Notes under the pieces: model-generated
What the model was told of the DNA's origin: nothing
What the model saw: the letters and a program-made list of their open reading frames with translations, nothing else
Database searches by the model: none
Assembly (NCBI GenBank): GCA_002633005.1
Contig: NMRA01000355.1
Span: 197,390 to 261,389 of the forward strand
From: Phoronis australis
Lineage: Eukaryota; Animalia; Phoronida
Reading direction: 5' to 3'
DNA: 64,000 nucleotides
In this document: positions 45,101 to 60,111 of the stretch, piece by piece
Position numbering within the stretch: the stretch's first letter is position 1
How the letters are laid out: the number at the start of each line of letters is the position of its first letter
Translations under genes and position numbers: made by a program

Positions 45101-47919
45101 ACCCTTCACTACTGAGCCAGCTAAGTGTGTTCTGTGGTACAAGGTGGGGGGCCGTTCTTTGCCAACATTGCTTAACTCAGTTGTTCTTCAAGGTGTTAGT
45201 AGTTTTAGCATATTTAAAACCTAGTTTTGAAAGTTAATTTCATCATACCCCCACAGAGTAACCAAGTTCAGATACATCTATGACGTCTTAGATCGAAATA
45301 ACTTTTCCGTGTTCTTGCACGGCCGTATCATAGCGTACGCGTCATATCGGTGGTCTCGCGAGCACTTCTTCAATCACGTGCGATTACCACTAGGCTCTCT
45401 GTTCTGCTGCTTGTATCGTGGCATTTTTCAAGAGTGCCCTTACAGCTTCCCGGAAGAAAACGTCTCGGAAACTAGTGACGGCTCGTGACTTGGTGAAGCA
45501 ATCACCACTTTTAGTGACCGGTCAAACTGAACAAGCATGAAATCGAGGCTCATCGAGCTACACTGATGACAACTTAGAAATAGCCAACTGGGAGTGAAAA
45601 CAGTCTTGACAAACGATGATCCCCTGAAATTATCTGAGCGTAATGACAAGTATGAATTGCTTATCGCTGTGTTATGTTATAATGTCAAAGAAAGTGCTTT
45701 GTACAATGTGGCTACAAAAAAGTCCCTTCATCGAAACCAGGCGATGCGCGCCAGGAGAATCAACATAGGCAAATAGATCCCAACTACAACCACTGGAACA
45801 CGGTAAGAAGGCAAATTTCCCTTTTATTTGGGTGTGGGCGTTCGGTAGGAAAATAGGGCGTCTGAGTGTAATTCACGGCTGATATTTAGAGGGTTAATTA
45901 AACCTCCGATCAATCTTCTGATCTGATGCGATATGTAAGCAGTGTAGGTATAACGCAATAATATCCGCTACAATGTGAAGAAGAAATACCGAGTTACTTT
46001 AAAGACGGTCTTTCGGCCAAATTTTCGAATCAAAAAGCATATGCAATGTATCGTTTCACTGATGCTGTTTCACTTCTAAGCGGAGCCTGCACGACTCGGC
46101 TCTGCCAAATGTTAGAAAGTGACGTCACGCAAAATGGCAAGCGCTAATCACTTGTAAAGGTATGGGGTGAACGCGTGTGCAAACCTTTCCAGTCGATTTG
46201 CTTCAATACATATTATAAGAGAATGACTGGAGGCTTTTGCAAGTAAAGTTGGAAATTAAAATCGTGATTATATGAAGGTTAAAAATGGATTCGTGCACAG
46301 CGCAGCAATCGATGGACTCCAGGTCTATGTAGCAGCAGGCGCTACACAATTTTATCTACACTAGGCTGCAGTAACCTAAGTCGTATTGTACAGCCGAACT
46401 GTATATCACGACAAATGTAAAACACCTTATGAAAAAGTGATATTCCTGATACAAGAAACGCTGTTAATGAAAACTCCCGTGCGGTTCGTGAGAAACAGAG
46501 CCTGAAAATCTGTATATTGAACAAGAGACAGCTACTAGTTGGACACAAATCATCGCGCAGACTTGACTAATAAATCCTGCGCTCGCCCCCTTGTCTAAAC
46601 CACTACCAAACGTGTGGTAAAGAACTTTCTACGTCACAGCCAATTGGCAAGGGTAGATAGTAAAAATATTTAAAGCACCTGAGCGAAAGCAGGGCATACC
46701 TTGGATGCCGGGAAATGTTAAACTCATAAAATTTAACTTGCATTTTCAACAAAGTGTAGTATACTCTTCAAGAACAGAAACTCGTTATCGGTAAAGAGGA
46801 AATACTACGCTGTCTTCATAATATAGAGATGAGAGTACGAAATCACATATATCGTCAATGTTTTCGACAGCCCGACAACAAGATTAAAGACAGATGATCA
46901 GCCAATTTTATGGATACTTTATTTGAAATATTAATACTCCCATCGAGTGATACTTGGAGGCCTATGTTTGAAGTGCGCTATTTAATTGTTTAATTACGAA
47001 TTTCAAGAAAAATTTAATGCTACATGTATCAGACGTAAACCTAACTATCAGTTGTGTACGCTGAAATCTCGATAACAATACTTAAAGAATATGGTTCTTG
47101 GAACTCGCGGCAGTTGAACCACTTTGAAAATGTGGCAGCATTAGTGGCGAATGAAACTGAGTGTTTGTTGAAAAAAAGCATTCAAGACGCCAGGTGTCTT
47201 TCAACCACTGGTAAGAGTTGATGTCGGTATTCACGTTATCCAGATGTTAAGTGTTGGACGTGTCTGACACGCGGACCAGCAAATAGGAATAGAAATGGAC
47301 AGTCACATCATATTTTCAAAAATTATTTTTTCAAAGCAGATAACCACGGGCCATGTTAGCTCTTGTACCTTCTACATCGCTTTTCGCTTGGATTAGACGG
47401 TGTTTGTGCCAACAATGGTTGCACCAATTGTGGAGAAAGATTAAACTTGATCTGTTCCATATCCAGGTAATTTTTTCAAGGTGCCGTTCTCTCGGTGTTT
47501 GGCTATTGAAAAAAGCACAAACGGGAAATACCGACGGTATGGCATGTTTACCTGCTACCTCCATGCTTACAAACAAAGTTGGCGGAGAATCATTTGGACC
47601 GAGACCGACACTTCCGGTGTGACGTATGAACAATTCAGTTAGAACCTGTGGGAACCAAAAGAACGGTTACCTCCCCCTATATCGTTCGGCATACTTGTAG
47701 TTGAATATCAATCATTTTGCCACGAATATATGTAAATTGACGGTAGGGTGGATTATTCGTATGTTCACTGGTTTTCCTAAAACCAGGAAAAGGCTTAGTG
47801 GGGCTTTTTCAGATCACCGCTTAAAAGTGGATTTAGTCTAAAATGCACCTCAGTTGAGTCAAAGTTTGCTTTTATCCATGTACTGTATTAAATATTCTCG
47901 CATCTATTCTCTTCGCACG

Positions 47920-47945
47920 CACACACACACACACACACACACACA
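47920..47945. repeat. (CA)13 microsatellite
   Basis: Direct reading; an ambiguous base (n) lies at 47958. Confidence 0.95.
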
Positions 47946-48774
47946 TCCGATAACTAGNTCGGTCTTGCCCAGCCGTATTTTCAATCCCTTACCTCTACAG
48001 AATGTTCTCGCGATGACAGAATTGTAAAGGATTCCGGTACGGTTGATAAAAATAGCAACGATTAAGCTGTGTTTAGGAGCGCCCACGCTGCGAGTAACAG
48101 GCCTTAACAATGTACACACTGCGTGGCTTGAAATGCCAGAAAATGTCAGGACGAAGACCCCACTGCTATTTTAAAGTGAAGGGTTTCCCGTTACAAAAGT
48201 TGAATTAGCTAATGGTGCCGTGTTGCACTGTGTTGGGCGAGTCCTTCCCTAAAGTGCTTGCGAGTATTTAAGATTTAATCTGGAAAACATTAACTTAATG
48301 GTATGAGACTCTGTGAAATAGTTTCAGATGCAACATTGTTTGCAGTTTTGCTCTCTCTTTTGTACTACATGTCTATTGGCTTACTCAGTTCCGCCCATAA
48401 ACATCTATAAACATCTATAATTAGACGTCTCTGGCCCCGTCCCTTTCAAAGTGAGACTGCGCGTGTACATGTCGGGACACGTATATATATCAGGTGACTG
48501 GTTTTCATTGTTTTGACTTTCCGTTTGAGGTACATGGAATAATTCCAGTTCTGAAACAAGGCGAGTCACAACGTTCCTAGTTCACATTTTCCACAATTAC
48601 TCCGTCCAATTTAGTACTCAAAACTTAAACAATACAGAGGTTGGGCATTTTGGCATGATTTTCAAACAAAAATACTCGAAATCTTAAGTAATTCTCAGTT
48701 TTCCGAGTAGTACTTAATAAAGCGTGACCAGCAATTATTTTTAAGTAACTTTTCGCAGTTGGAGAAATTTTAAT

Positions 48775-48930
48775 TCTGTCATATAGCACTTTTAAAAAGT
48801 TTTCAATAGGTAGTGTAATCTCTTTGAAGCATCAAAGGACTAGCATGGTACAGATATTAGCAGGAGCGTGGAATCGAAACCACTTAGCTTCGCAATCGCA
48901 GTCGAACGCTCTGACGCTGAGACGAATTCA
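48775..48930 (-). mobile_element. Degenerate tRNA-derived SINE
   Basis: Minus strand CTCAGCGTCAGAGCGTTCGACTGCGATTGCGAAG...GGTTTCGATTCCAC (tRNA-like head) and an AAAGTGCTATAT tail. Confidence 0.45.
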
Positions 48931-50138
48931 ACGGGTTAAATTGCAAGATTATTTTACATTGAGACACGAGCCTTGATTGCAGCAAAACTGCGTAGACATG
49001 ACTTTATTTAATAACATCATCAAAAATGCTTTTTTCGAACGCAAAGCCAATAATGACCCTTAATGGTTTGCTATGCGTACTAAAATTGCAATCAGTATGA
49101 ATAAACAAAAATCGTCCATTTGCAAAGTATCTATCTTGCACTTTATACTTGGAAATTTTGAACTTTTTGGACCTCCTTTACCAGAAAATTCATTTACTGG
49201 GCTATAGAAGTCGTTAGGTTTGAAAGTGAGAAATTTGTCTTGTTTTATCTTACCAAAGACTTCCATTACAACTGTAGAGGAATAGAACATTCCGTAGATC
49301 CATTTTGTCGTGAGAAGAGCAATAACTAGCAAGACATCGCAACTCACGCTAGACAAAAACGAGTATTTTGCGAGTGTGCCTGGAAGCTCACAAAATGGCG
49401 GTCACTGAAGCGAATGGTCGGAGAGGTTGGAGTGTTGCATTGTGGGATTGAATTTAGTGTTGCCGTACCGTAAATGTAAATTTTTCGCCGCGAGGGCAAA
49501 CAAATGTCTTGCGGTCCCAGTTCTCATGTCTGAGTACGCCTTGAGGAGGCACAGAGCAGTTCTCACTGGGCAAAACCCACATCACTTGATGTGTCACCTT
49601 TTCTTCACTCTGTCAAAAACAGGATGCACAATGACATGTTTTCAGTTATTTCACATACATGTAAAAAGCCCTGCAGATAAGCGCAGAAACTTTATTCTCT
49701 CTTGTATTTTGACCCTTTCATTCAAACTGAAAACCAAACTAGACTAAGAAAAATAGGGGCAAAAAGTGCAAAATCGGCACTTTTCACCCCAAAAACACCA
49801 CTTCCCTGCCGATTCACGACTAAAACCAACAATAGATTCTGAAAGCATATTTCCTACAAATTCCGAAAATGTGGCCCAAAAGTACTGTCAACTAACTAGT
49901 TTTTTGGCAATCGTGGCTTGTTTGAGGGCTACCTAAAATCGCAGCCAATTTCTCAGTGGCTACCCAGCAATGCACAATTGCAACCGGGGGCCGCCATCTT
50001 GAAGAAGAGTGCAGCCACAGCCTCAGCATGTTCACAAATACAAACAAACCACATTCACTGTGCCTACATGCAATGTCCACCTACAAAATGCACCCAAACC
50101 TGTCCTACCCCAACATTTTAACATTTTGGGGGTGCAAA

Positions 50139-50219
50139 TTGGCCGCGGCCCCAGTCTAACTATTCTTGGCCGCGGCCGCAGCCTAACTATTCTTGGCCGC
50201 GGCCGCAGCCTAACTATTC
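50139..50219. repeat. 27-bp tandem repeat x3 with GC palindrome core
   Basis: TTGGCCGCGGCCGCAGCCTAACTATTC; units 2 and 3 identical, unit 1 has two substitutions. Confidence 0.95.
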
Positions 50220-53200
50220 AGTGTCACCTGACGAGACATGAATGAAATTTGGTGGTTCCCCAATTCGAGTGTTATTCCAGTGAGGACAGTTCAAAGTCAG
50301 ACATTCCGAGTAATTGGAGGGTCTGAGTAAACATTTGTGTTCACGAATCCTAGTTTTGAGCTCACTGACGGCATTTTGACGTTTTAATTAACTATTTCCA
50401 GCTTATCTTATGCTAATTTCAATGAGTGTATGTTTTCGAACTTCCGTTCTTTCGTTCATGAAGTAAACAAGACACAAGATTTAATGCGTCACCGCGAATT
50501 TTCAAATGTGCAACAGCGCTTCTAGACGTATCTCATTGAATATGTGACTCTAAAACAAATCATCTATTTTTACAAATGATCTCAAATCTTCCCTTGCCCA
50601 AAGCAACTGACGACGGATTAACGCGCAGCAGAGTCAAAACTATAGCTTTCGAAGTTGTATATGTTAGTTCCACGAGCAATCCGACATAAATGTATCAATC
50701 AATATTTCGCCCATTAAAGATTCGTTTATGCACATCATGAATATTTGTGTCGCTTCGGGTTTGCGTTAAAGCGGCTAAAAATTCGGGTTCCATCCAAAAA
50801 GCGAAATTTAATTAAAACCACTTATCGCTAAAACAATTGGTTACAGCTTACACCTTACCGAGATCAGAAGAGATTTCTGAGTTTGTCGAAAGGTGACAGT
50901 TCGGTACTCAATGAGAACATGCCGTGAAACGCCGTGACAGGCCAACTTGTAGAGTCTGTTCCCAAGCAACAATTAACTGTTAATTCAGTCAGTGCCCTGA
51001 AACAGGAAGTGGTTATATCTTCCTGCCCGAAATCATTTCCAATTTGCCACTAAGGAACAACTCGGGGTAAATTTCATAACGGCAAATGGTCTAAATAAGA
51101 AGTTAGTTTTTGTGGTGGACGGTGGGGTCGCTCAAAACGTGGATTTCAATTTTGAGACGGTAATTGCTAGGTAACGCATTTCGAACTTGTGTGTTAACCA
51201 TCTACAAGTGATCTAGTAAATGAGAGATAATGAGTTTTAGCGCTATTGAGTTTGCGTACATAGACAACACACGATCACTTAACGGTCTCAATGAAGCCAT
51301 TGTCTGAACAGCACGGCCGAGCTTCCGGGAATTCGCTTCTTAAGTGAAGTCCGGTTGCCATTCAAGGCCTTGTGCTGGTTGTGGGCACTAAGCGGCCAGG
51401 CAGACTACACTACTTGGGCCACGTAGGACCAGCAGATACATGTATGCGTCATACTGTCATCAGGCTCGCAGTGTAGTTATCCATCCTGAGGTTATCTATA
51501 AGCTTATCGCCAAGTATCTGGCCGAAAATCTAAAAAACTATAAATTTTACTTAGTAAATATATACGTTGTCTGGCAACAGAAAACCTGTAGACTTTGAGC
51601 TTTGAGTTTTATTAATCTGGCATTTATTTTGTAGTGCGACATTGTCCTTTTAGAAGGCCTGCATGAGCCAAAAAGTACGTTGATGGATGAACAAATGAGA
51701 TGGCCAAATTCCTTTAAGATCAAGGCTTGATAACGTTGTCACAATTTCAGCTCTACATTATCCTTTCATTATCGTTTTTACAGTTTTTGATTTTTTCACA
51801 AGGATCACAAAAGTCCTATTTTTGATACTACTCGTGTAAAAAGGAACATTTTAAATCAATTCCTAACAGCCCTTCCATCCCTGTATATCTAACTCCCGTT
51901 TGTCCGTATACGATTCCAGACGACAACGGTTTTCTGTCTTTTGTTAATCGCCATGCCAAGCCTTTTGTCCGATGTCACCACGGAAACGTCAATTACCACA
52001 CTGAATGAATATTTTGATGTAAACACGCATTGACTCAAAACTATTGTAAACAAAGAAAAACCTATTACAGCGTTTTGGCCACTTTTTGTCGCATTTCTTC
52101 CGCGAAAGATGAATTCTTCACTAACTTTCCTCGAGAAATTCAATTTTAGAAGTCAAGCAAGCTAAAATATTACCAGTTTCTGCCCTTGTCATTTCAATTT
52201 AGTTCACCCAGTATGTTATTTCCCTGCATACATCGCTAACGGCATAATTGCTCTGTACCACACACTACCACCTTTGATCAACTTTCGAGAAATCAAGGGA
52301 GGGCGGCGTCTCTGGTTGATGTTGAGAACCACTGACCAACCATTGAAATGTCCGGTTTCTCGTGGTTGTAGAGCATTGTACAAGGCATAGTATCTGAAAA
52401 CTTCGTGAGGATCCGATCAGCCATTTCTGAGATACATGTTCCAAATTTGAAATTTTCTACGGTTCTACATAACCTTTAATAACGCGACCACGCCATACCA
52501 GGTCAATGTTACAGCTCGTGCGTCACCCACAACAGCTTCCCTGGATTCAACACAGCGCCACCTAACAGCGGATCAATTCCCTCATGATACAGGTACGCCC
52601 TAAGTGTCAACTCCTAAGACACAGAAACGGGGACAGATGTGCTTGAGTGCGTTCAAATGACGCGATGAAACAAATAACTGGTCTAGGCTAGTTTCATGCA
52701 AGCTGCCAAGACCGCGCATGAAGCCTACACGATGACATTGCAACCAAAGCATTTGGCCGTAGTTTTCACATGTGGGTAATAGCTACTGTAGATGTATCTC
52801 CCGTTGTTGGTAATTGCTAGATGTATCTCCCTCTGACCATGGCGTTAACGAAGTCTGGAGAATCACTTTTTATGATTCAAACAGCTGCCACTATAACACC
52901 TGCACTCAACGGTGTTCTATTCAGACCCCTATTAAACTGTTTTCGGCTTTTTGTTGTTTATGCTGGGATCCCGCGGTGACGCAATGTGGCACGAAAAAGC
53001 GACTTCATCTGTTATTTGACGAGTCTACATTTGAGTGATTATAGTCGTGTTTTCTTATTTTGTCAAGGCTTTGCTAGGACTATATGGTTATCACAAGAGA
53101 TCTAAAATAACATAATACCGTTGAAGTTAGGCTTTAAAAGGAAGTTGATTGGATGTCACTCTAGTAATCGGCCACCAGGCAAGTGCGCAATATCATTATT

Positions 53201-55663
53201 TTGAAGCTACAGCACTTCATGTTAGGCTGGCTAAAACGAAAGTCGATATTGGTCCGTGTACACTTAAAAAATCCGTCTCATACTATTACTTTCTGTGATA
53301 GTGTTCTAAGTCTGTTACCAATAAGAACTTAAAACCAGCAACGTCTCAAGAAAACACTTTAGTTTATTGAGGTTGGCCAATTCTAGAAGTGCGATACGAG
53401 TATGACGTATGTACGCATTGCCCGTGATCTCCGACGGTTGCCGACTCATTCGGCAACAATTCAAGATCGAATGAGAGTGGTAATTTTTTTAAACCCCAAA
53501 GCGCTTCGATTAAGAATTCTACATTGACAGTTGAGCAGGGGCGAACATGGAGCTTCAAGTTTATGGTTTTCTAGAAATTCTAATATGCAAGTGCGTGCTG
53601 TACCTGTGCACAAAATATTCCCTCCGATTTTTGCTGCCGATTCTGCCGATTAATTAGTTCGCTTAACACACCCAGTCAGCGTGTTTTTGACGAGAGTGGA
53701 TAAGATATTTCACGAAAATGTGATTTTCTGATAAGCGATACGCGAAACCATCGCTGCTTGTAACGAAAAGTAGTTTCAACTTAAATGCCTTTTTGTTGAG
53801 TATGTATACATGTACACGTATGCTGCGACCTCGTGAGAAACATGAGATCAGTACATCGTACAGTAACCGCAGACACGCGGAAAATACGGAAGCGCTAAAC
53901 TGGCATGCAACCGTATCTGATATAGTTAGACAATTATGTTTGTTTTAACTTTATCCGACACTCAATCCGTGTGAGCTGATAGTGAGAATAAATCACAATT
54001 TAAAAGCGGAATACGTGGATACCCGGCCTTGCTATTAATGGCGGGCTTGACATTGGGGCGATATTAGTTTTAAAAACATTCATTCACAAACGAAAATGCA
54101 CACGCCATGTCTTAAAATAATGATGCTGCATAAATAATCGAAGTGAAACGAACACTAAAGCAGAGTTGAAAACAAATTTCTAAGCTGTAAAAACGAAGAA
54201 ATAATGAACTCACCGTCACCATGCAGGAGTTTAAGCGGAATCGGATGCTTATACGAAACTTTGAACCAAGCCGACCCCGCTGGAACGTGACTTTATAAAC
54301 ATTAAACCACCTCCACGGAATTCGCTGGTTTTCTTTACCAAGTGTAGAATAGAACGTAATTGTAATCTCTTGTGACGGTAAATAGTCCTTTGCAAATACA
54401 CTTTCCAACGAAATTCTCTTGTTAAACGTTTCTTTGTAGCTCGATAACAAGGCGCATGTTTATTCTCAGACGAGGTTTTTTACTGCAGTAATGAAATGCG
54501 GCAGAAATCAGCGCGAAGAATGTATCGGAAAATCCGTGTTTACCTGAACCTGTCTAAGCCAATCAGATAATAGATCATCAATCTGTTTTTGCTATCTTTT
54601 TCCGGGGGAGAGCTCAGCCATAGAAAGAAGGTGATACTACAGCGTATTGGCTTTTAAAATGATGACGTAGTGATGATTCACGCGAGGCACTTTTGCACAT
54701 GCACTCAGAAACCTCGCCTTATTCGTCTTCTACCGATGAGGGACACGGGCCCCTCGCAAAGTTAGGGTCAAGAAAATGACAGAAAATTTTTACTCTTTAA
54801 TGAGAGTGCGTCAGCCTGCGGGTTACTCTAACATATACGTTCTTCTCGTTTCTCACCTGTTTTTCACTGAATTATTCGAATCTTCCTTCGAGATTGAAGA
54901 ACTCGGATGTACAGTGAAAAACATCTGTTAGTGCAAAAGTACAATTCATTTTCAGCAAAACTTAAAACTGCGTTTCAGTCCTATCAATCCGTCGATGTTA
55001 AACTCGTGTGGTTGTATGAAGGACCTTGGAAATGCAAGCATTTGGCCAAATTTGGTACTGTGCTTAAGGTATTAAAGTTTTGCTTGACGAGCTATCAAGA
55101 AAAAGGGAGATTTACGATCTGTATGGGAAAATTGAAAAAATGCATAAAACGAACACGAAATGATAATTTTGTAAACTGTAACACTGTTTTTGAGATTTTA
55201 TTTTGAAAATTTATTTGATATGAAATTTGGTTATGTTACTGATAACACGGAACGTATCTTCGTTTTGCTAACCATTAAAAACATGGTAACGTGATGCAGT
55301 TAATGGCAGTTATGTTATAAAATTAACGATGAAATTCTGCGGGCTTTCTACTCTCTGAGTTGAAACGCACAGTTTTTAGATATTTGGAAAATACACATAC
55401 TTACCAATAATGTTCAACATAAACTTAACATAGGCGTTTTGGTGTTTAAGACAGTGCCACGCTCATCCAATTTCCAATTATCGCCGAATGACCTAGCAAC
55501 TCCAGTAACAGGTAATGTGTACATGTGCCATTTTCGAATCCGCAATTTTAAAGACGTCTAACCCCAATAAATTCCACGCCAATAGTTAGTATCTGACGGT
55601 TTCAATGTTTCTGTTGGTATCAGAAATAGAATTTATCGCGGTTAGGATTATTGTGTGACAGAT

Positions 55664-55815
55664 TTTAGGACAAAACTTAAATTTGTCTTAAGCTTGGTCC
55701 AAGAAAAATGATCTTAAGTTTGACTTAAGTTATCGATTTAAGTTTTATCTTAATTTTGACTAACTTACCGGATGTGGAAGTTTCAAAATTTGGAGGTTGA
55801 GACAAATCTTTGACA
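55664..55815 (-). mobile_element. MITE family B internal fragment
   Basis: Reverse complement reads GATTTGTCTCAACCTCCAAATTTTGAAACTTCCACATCCGGTAAGTTAGTCAAAA, as in the 23441 and 34198 copies. Confidence 0.7.
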
Positions 55816-57236
55816 TACTTCAAAAATGAACGGACCACTGAGTCATAGTGCTTCGTGTTGTTTTATATTTCGATAATATAATGAGCCTCATTATAAAACC
55901 TCCTGTTCGGTTTCAACCTCAGACGACAAATCGAGGCTAATTTCAGATATCAATCTTTTTCATCGTTATGTGTTCCCCCGGTCGTTGTCCGGGCACCACG
56001 ACTCGCAGGCCAATCATCTACCACGGCTCATAGAGGCACTAATACGGGTACCAGACAACGGAAACCAAGCGCATCTACCATGGATACTTTTACTGATTTT
56101 TGGGTGAAAATGACCGTTATAGCTAACATTTCAAGAAACCAGGTCGTTCGAAAATTTGCCAGTTTTAGTCAAAGATATATCAATTTACATAAACCAGTGT
56201 TTAGAAGTTGTGGAGTTATCGCCAACATAGCTATCATTGCTGCACATAGATGACCTTAGACCAGCCTTCCTTATGAACGGACTTCTTGACTGCAACTGCT
56301 CCTTACAAATGTACTGACGAAGTGCATGATACCGTGTAACGGGAGGGCAGGTAAAGTTAATGAATGTGCAAATTAAAACTCTCAATTTCTGGAGACCCGA
56401 TGAAATATTCTCCTTGCGTATCCTTCTACTGGGGATTGATGACTGACTGCTTCCGCGACAAATTTGTCTCCCTCTGTCGGTGTCCCTAAACAACAACACC
56501 GGTGCCCTGAGTGCACCACTGAGTCGGGCAACTTAACTTGACTCTGACGTGACTATCCTATGACAGATTTTTGACTTTCACCCGCACAGCCTCTTTTACA
56601 CCCCGGATGCGGCACCGCAGCATCGGAAAAGATTTCAGTGAGTTCCCAGAAGTTATGATTTATAATTTTCGCGTTATGATACCGTAATGAAGTATGTCAC
56701 ATTACCCAGCCACGGAGTCTAATTTCCGCACTCGAAACCATGAAACTTATTTTTTACTTCGATATGAGCAAAATTTGAGTATCTATTATTCCGTGATCGA
56801 GTATAGTATGGTTTATCTGGATGAGTGACCAGTCAAAGTTCGCAATGATGACCCCTAGATTCCAGCTAAAAACTCGACTTTAAAAACTCTGAAATCCCAG
56901 TAATTCAGATTGGAACTTTTCGCTTTAATGCCGGGGTCATCAAGTGCAATTTAAACATCCATCCACAAGCAAAGAATAATTGAAAATAATTTTGAATTCG
57001 TACTAAAGCCAAACAGAAGATGTCAAAAAAAAATTCGAGTTTAACTTCGAATAAAAATATTAGACCCTGTGTCCTGACATCTTATTTCATAAATGGACAT
57101 TAAGCTTCAGTTTTGAAAAAACAGTGGCTTCCGAAGCCAACATTTCTGATCCAGCAGCATCATTTATCATGGCCATTTGACATGTACATCAAGATCAAAC
57201 CGAAACTGAGATGACTAATCCCGGGGATACTCTCAG

Positions 57237-57763
57237 GGATGCGTTCCGTAGAGTAAGTTTGTGGCAAATTTGTCGCTAACGCACAACAACAAGCAAGATC
57301 ACGTGGGCAAAAGACACGTGCTTTGCAAGTAAACTCGCTATCTTGCCGGCTTACATCATCAAAATGGCGGCCACCGATGTGATTTGTTGGCGGGGCTAGA
57401 AGGTTGAAACAGGGGAGAAAACTTAAATAAAGTCACTATTCCTGTTTCAATCATCAGCGACAACTTTATACCAAGTGTTTCGTGAGTGTTTTGACTTGTG
57501 GAATGCACCCATTGTCAGGACTTAACCTGAGCAGCGAGATCAGTAGACACGGAATAGGGATGCTTTCCCTAACCCAAAACGCTCAAGAGTGAATTATATA
57601 TCCCACAAGTCAATATCCTAAACTCATCGACCCATCACTTCAGTGGCTTACGTTTTGCTTGTCAGATACCGAGCTTACTTGCCAAACACTTCATTAGCGT
57701 AATTTCGCATGGTCTAGGGTGATCTTTCTTTTCGCGAGATTTTTGCACCTACGCAACGCATCC
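57237..57763. mobile_element. MITE family G-related with 3-bp TSD (PIF/Harbinger-like)
   Basis: GGATGCGTTCCGTAG and CTACGCAACGCATCC (14/15); CAG on both flanks. Confidence 0.8.
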
Positions 57764-59549
57764 CAGAACACGTTCCAAGGAAAAAAAGGAATACAAGTTG
57801 CGTCGATCTGAAATCGGGAAGGAGTAGAAAAGCAGACGATCACAGCAACAAGGAGGCTGGTTGAAGCCTGTTACAATAGACAAGAACCTAAGTCTTAATA
57901 GAACTAGCTAGTCTGCTAGTCTAAGACCGACATTTAATCTATGGAATAGAATTCCGTTGTAATTACTTTGGTATTCTCTGTGCGGTTTCGTTAGTATGAA
58001 CTAAGATTTCGCTCGAGTACATGTACATTGCGGTTTCTTCAGGTGAGTACAGATATCTAAACGAGTGTGCACTTGTTAAACCTCAATTCAAATTCGATGA
58101 GTTAAAATTTGAACTTTCTAGTCACATCTAGAACTTGTTGACTGATATTAGCTACCTAATACTTTCTAAACTGGACAAAAATCAAAAGTAACTGACTCGT
58201 AGCTTTTGAACCACTGCAATTTTCCAGACTGAGGTTTTGAATGAAAAAATAAACTCATAACAATTCATTATTAAGTTTTTCTTTCTACTTTAAAGATATA
58301 TATTATAAAGAACAGTTGTATAATGAAAACTACTACAACATAAATTGTGTTACAACACGTTAAATAGCAGCCAGTGAACACAACTAGTAGGAGAGAGTGG
58401 GGCACCATGAGCAAGCAAAGGAACATAGTGCCCCATGGCTCAAGGTGTCCCACTTTCTCCTACCCCACAATGGGATCGACATTTTATACACATCCTTTTC
58501 CTTCACTATCACCAGCTTAGAACTCTAAAGGCTATCAAGATTAACTCTAAAATGCTGTACGAACATTTTGCAAATTCAACCCATACGTTAATTTGCATGT
58601 TCAGGGACCAATTAATTTCAACAGTTAAAATGACGCTGAAATATGGCTTTCATTCTGTTGATTTTGGGTATTTCATATTTAATTCTGGTTCTTTACAAAA
58701 TACTTGATTTCGCGCTGAACGATCATCATTTTGACAGAAGTTTTAGTTGGGTTGATTTGTTGTCAAATTCCTTGAATGAAGTTTTCAACTGAAGAATTTA
58801 TTAATCAGTTTTCAAGCTTCTTGAGCCAATAGGAGAACTTTTCATTGCGGATACAAGCAGTAAATATGCATATGAATAGATAATTAAAAATTTAACGCTT
58901 CTGAGTTCCTATATGCGTTTCATAGAGCAATTACATTCAATTAAGTGATGTCGTGAAACTAGTAAATACCAAATAGAAATTAAAAATGGGCTTTGACACG
59001 AAATAGCTCGGAATTACCCTTTACACTAGCCATTGTACCTAACAATCGTAGTCACGTGTGTGTTGATCCAGAGAAGTTGACCCATTTTACGTACAAACAA
59101 TCCTGCATGTGTCATTGGAAATTTTGTCATTGTCTATAATTCCCTCCAACGTTCAGTCAAAACCAATATCAATGTTAAATCCAACGCATCCTCTCATTGG
59201 CTCGTTACAAACTGCATAGCAACGCAGCATGCAACTTAGTAGCGGGAATGTTAATGAGCTTTTTCTGTTTAAGGAGCTGTGATGACGTCACAAAACTAGT
59301 CGCGTCCCCGTTATTTATTCAACCCCTGCCCGTGAAGGCGTCACGGCAACAGGAAAACATTAACTTTTGAACGCACAAATGTATGCACGCCTGCTGAAAT
59401 CCGATTGGGACCCAATGCGTGTTCTAATCAGTCATCTCAACTGATCTGTTCTGGAGAAGTGGAAAATACTGTTTGGTAAGGATGCCATTATACTGTCCGG
59501 TGGAAATGTTCAAGATTTTGTTGGGCATGCGGTGTCCAGCACAGGGTTT

Positions 59550-59815
59550 CGTGGTGGCGTGCAATCACCAGGTGGCGAGACTGTCTGGTACACGTGTTGG
59601 CGCACCATGAACTGTCAGACACCGTGTCGTGGAAATCGACAAAAATTTCGTGAGTCCGCTCAAAAATAGTTTGGCACAGGGACAATTTGCGGAAAAATGA
59701 AGCAGAAAAGGTAATCAAAAAACAAAACTGACGGCTTGCCATTGCTGTTAATGACCGCGGTGTAACAAGATAGTGTCATTTTCTAGGTGCGAAACTATCG
59801 TATCTGGTTTCAAGT
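59550..59815 (-). repeat. Dispersed repeat family H, second copy
   Basis: Reverse-complement match to 41935-42190. Confidence 0.75.
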
Positions 59816-60111
59816 AGAGATAATATGACTGGTTAGCATTTGCAGCGACTTCTCTACATAAATAGTAATGACGTGAAATGGCAGTCAGCTTATGTATACA
59901 ATATCTGACTTGTAAAGTTTTCGCTATTGAATACCCGAGAACAAATCAACAAGAAAATTGGATGTATGTGTATAGGGTCATTTATTTTTATCTCCTATAT
60001 CCTGTAAGTTTCATGATCCAGCAAGTCGGGTAAACAACTTTAAAAAAACGTTGATTCGAAATCCTTAGTCACTAATTAGTGATAGCAGTATGAGTCCTTC
60101 AAAGCCATTCT

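Noticed and set aside
45440-45660. Coding-like plus-strand segment (SFPEENVSETSDG...)
   Set aside because: Several in-frame stops, no recognisable domain, no partner exons.
46740-46920. Second THAP relic (RLKTDDQPIL)
   Set aside because: Only one weak motif; no Cys/His, FP or W in register.
50139-50219. CRISPR-like array (27-bp palindromic repeats)
   Set aside because: Units are head-to-tail with no spacers, there are no cas genes, and the context is eukaryotic.
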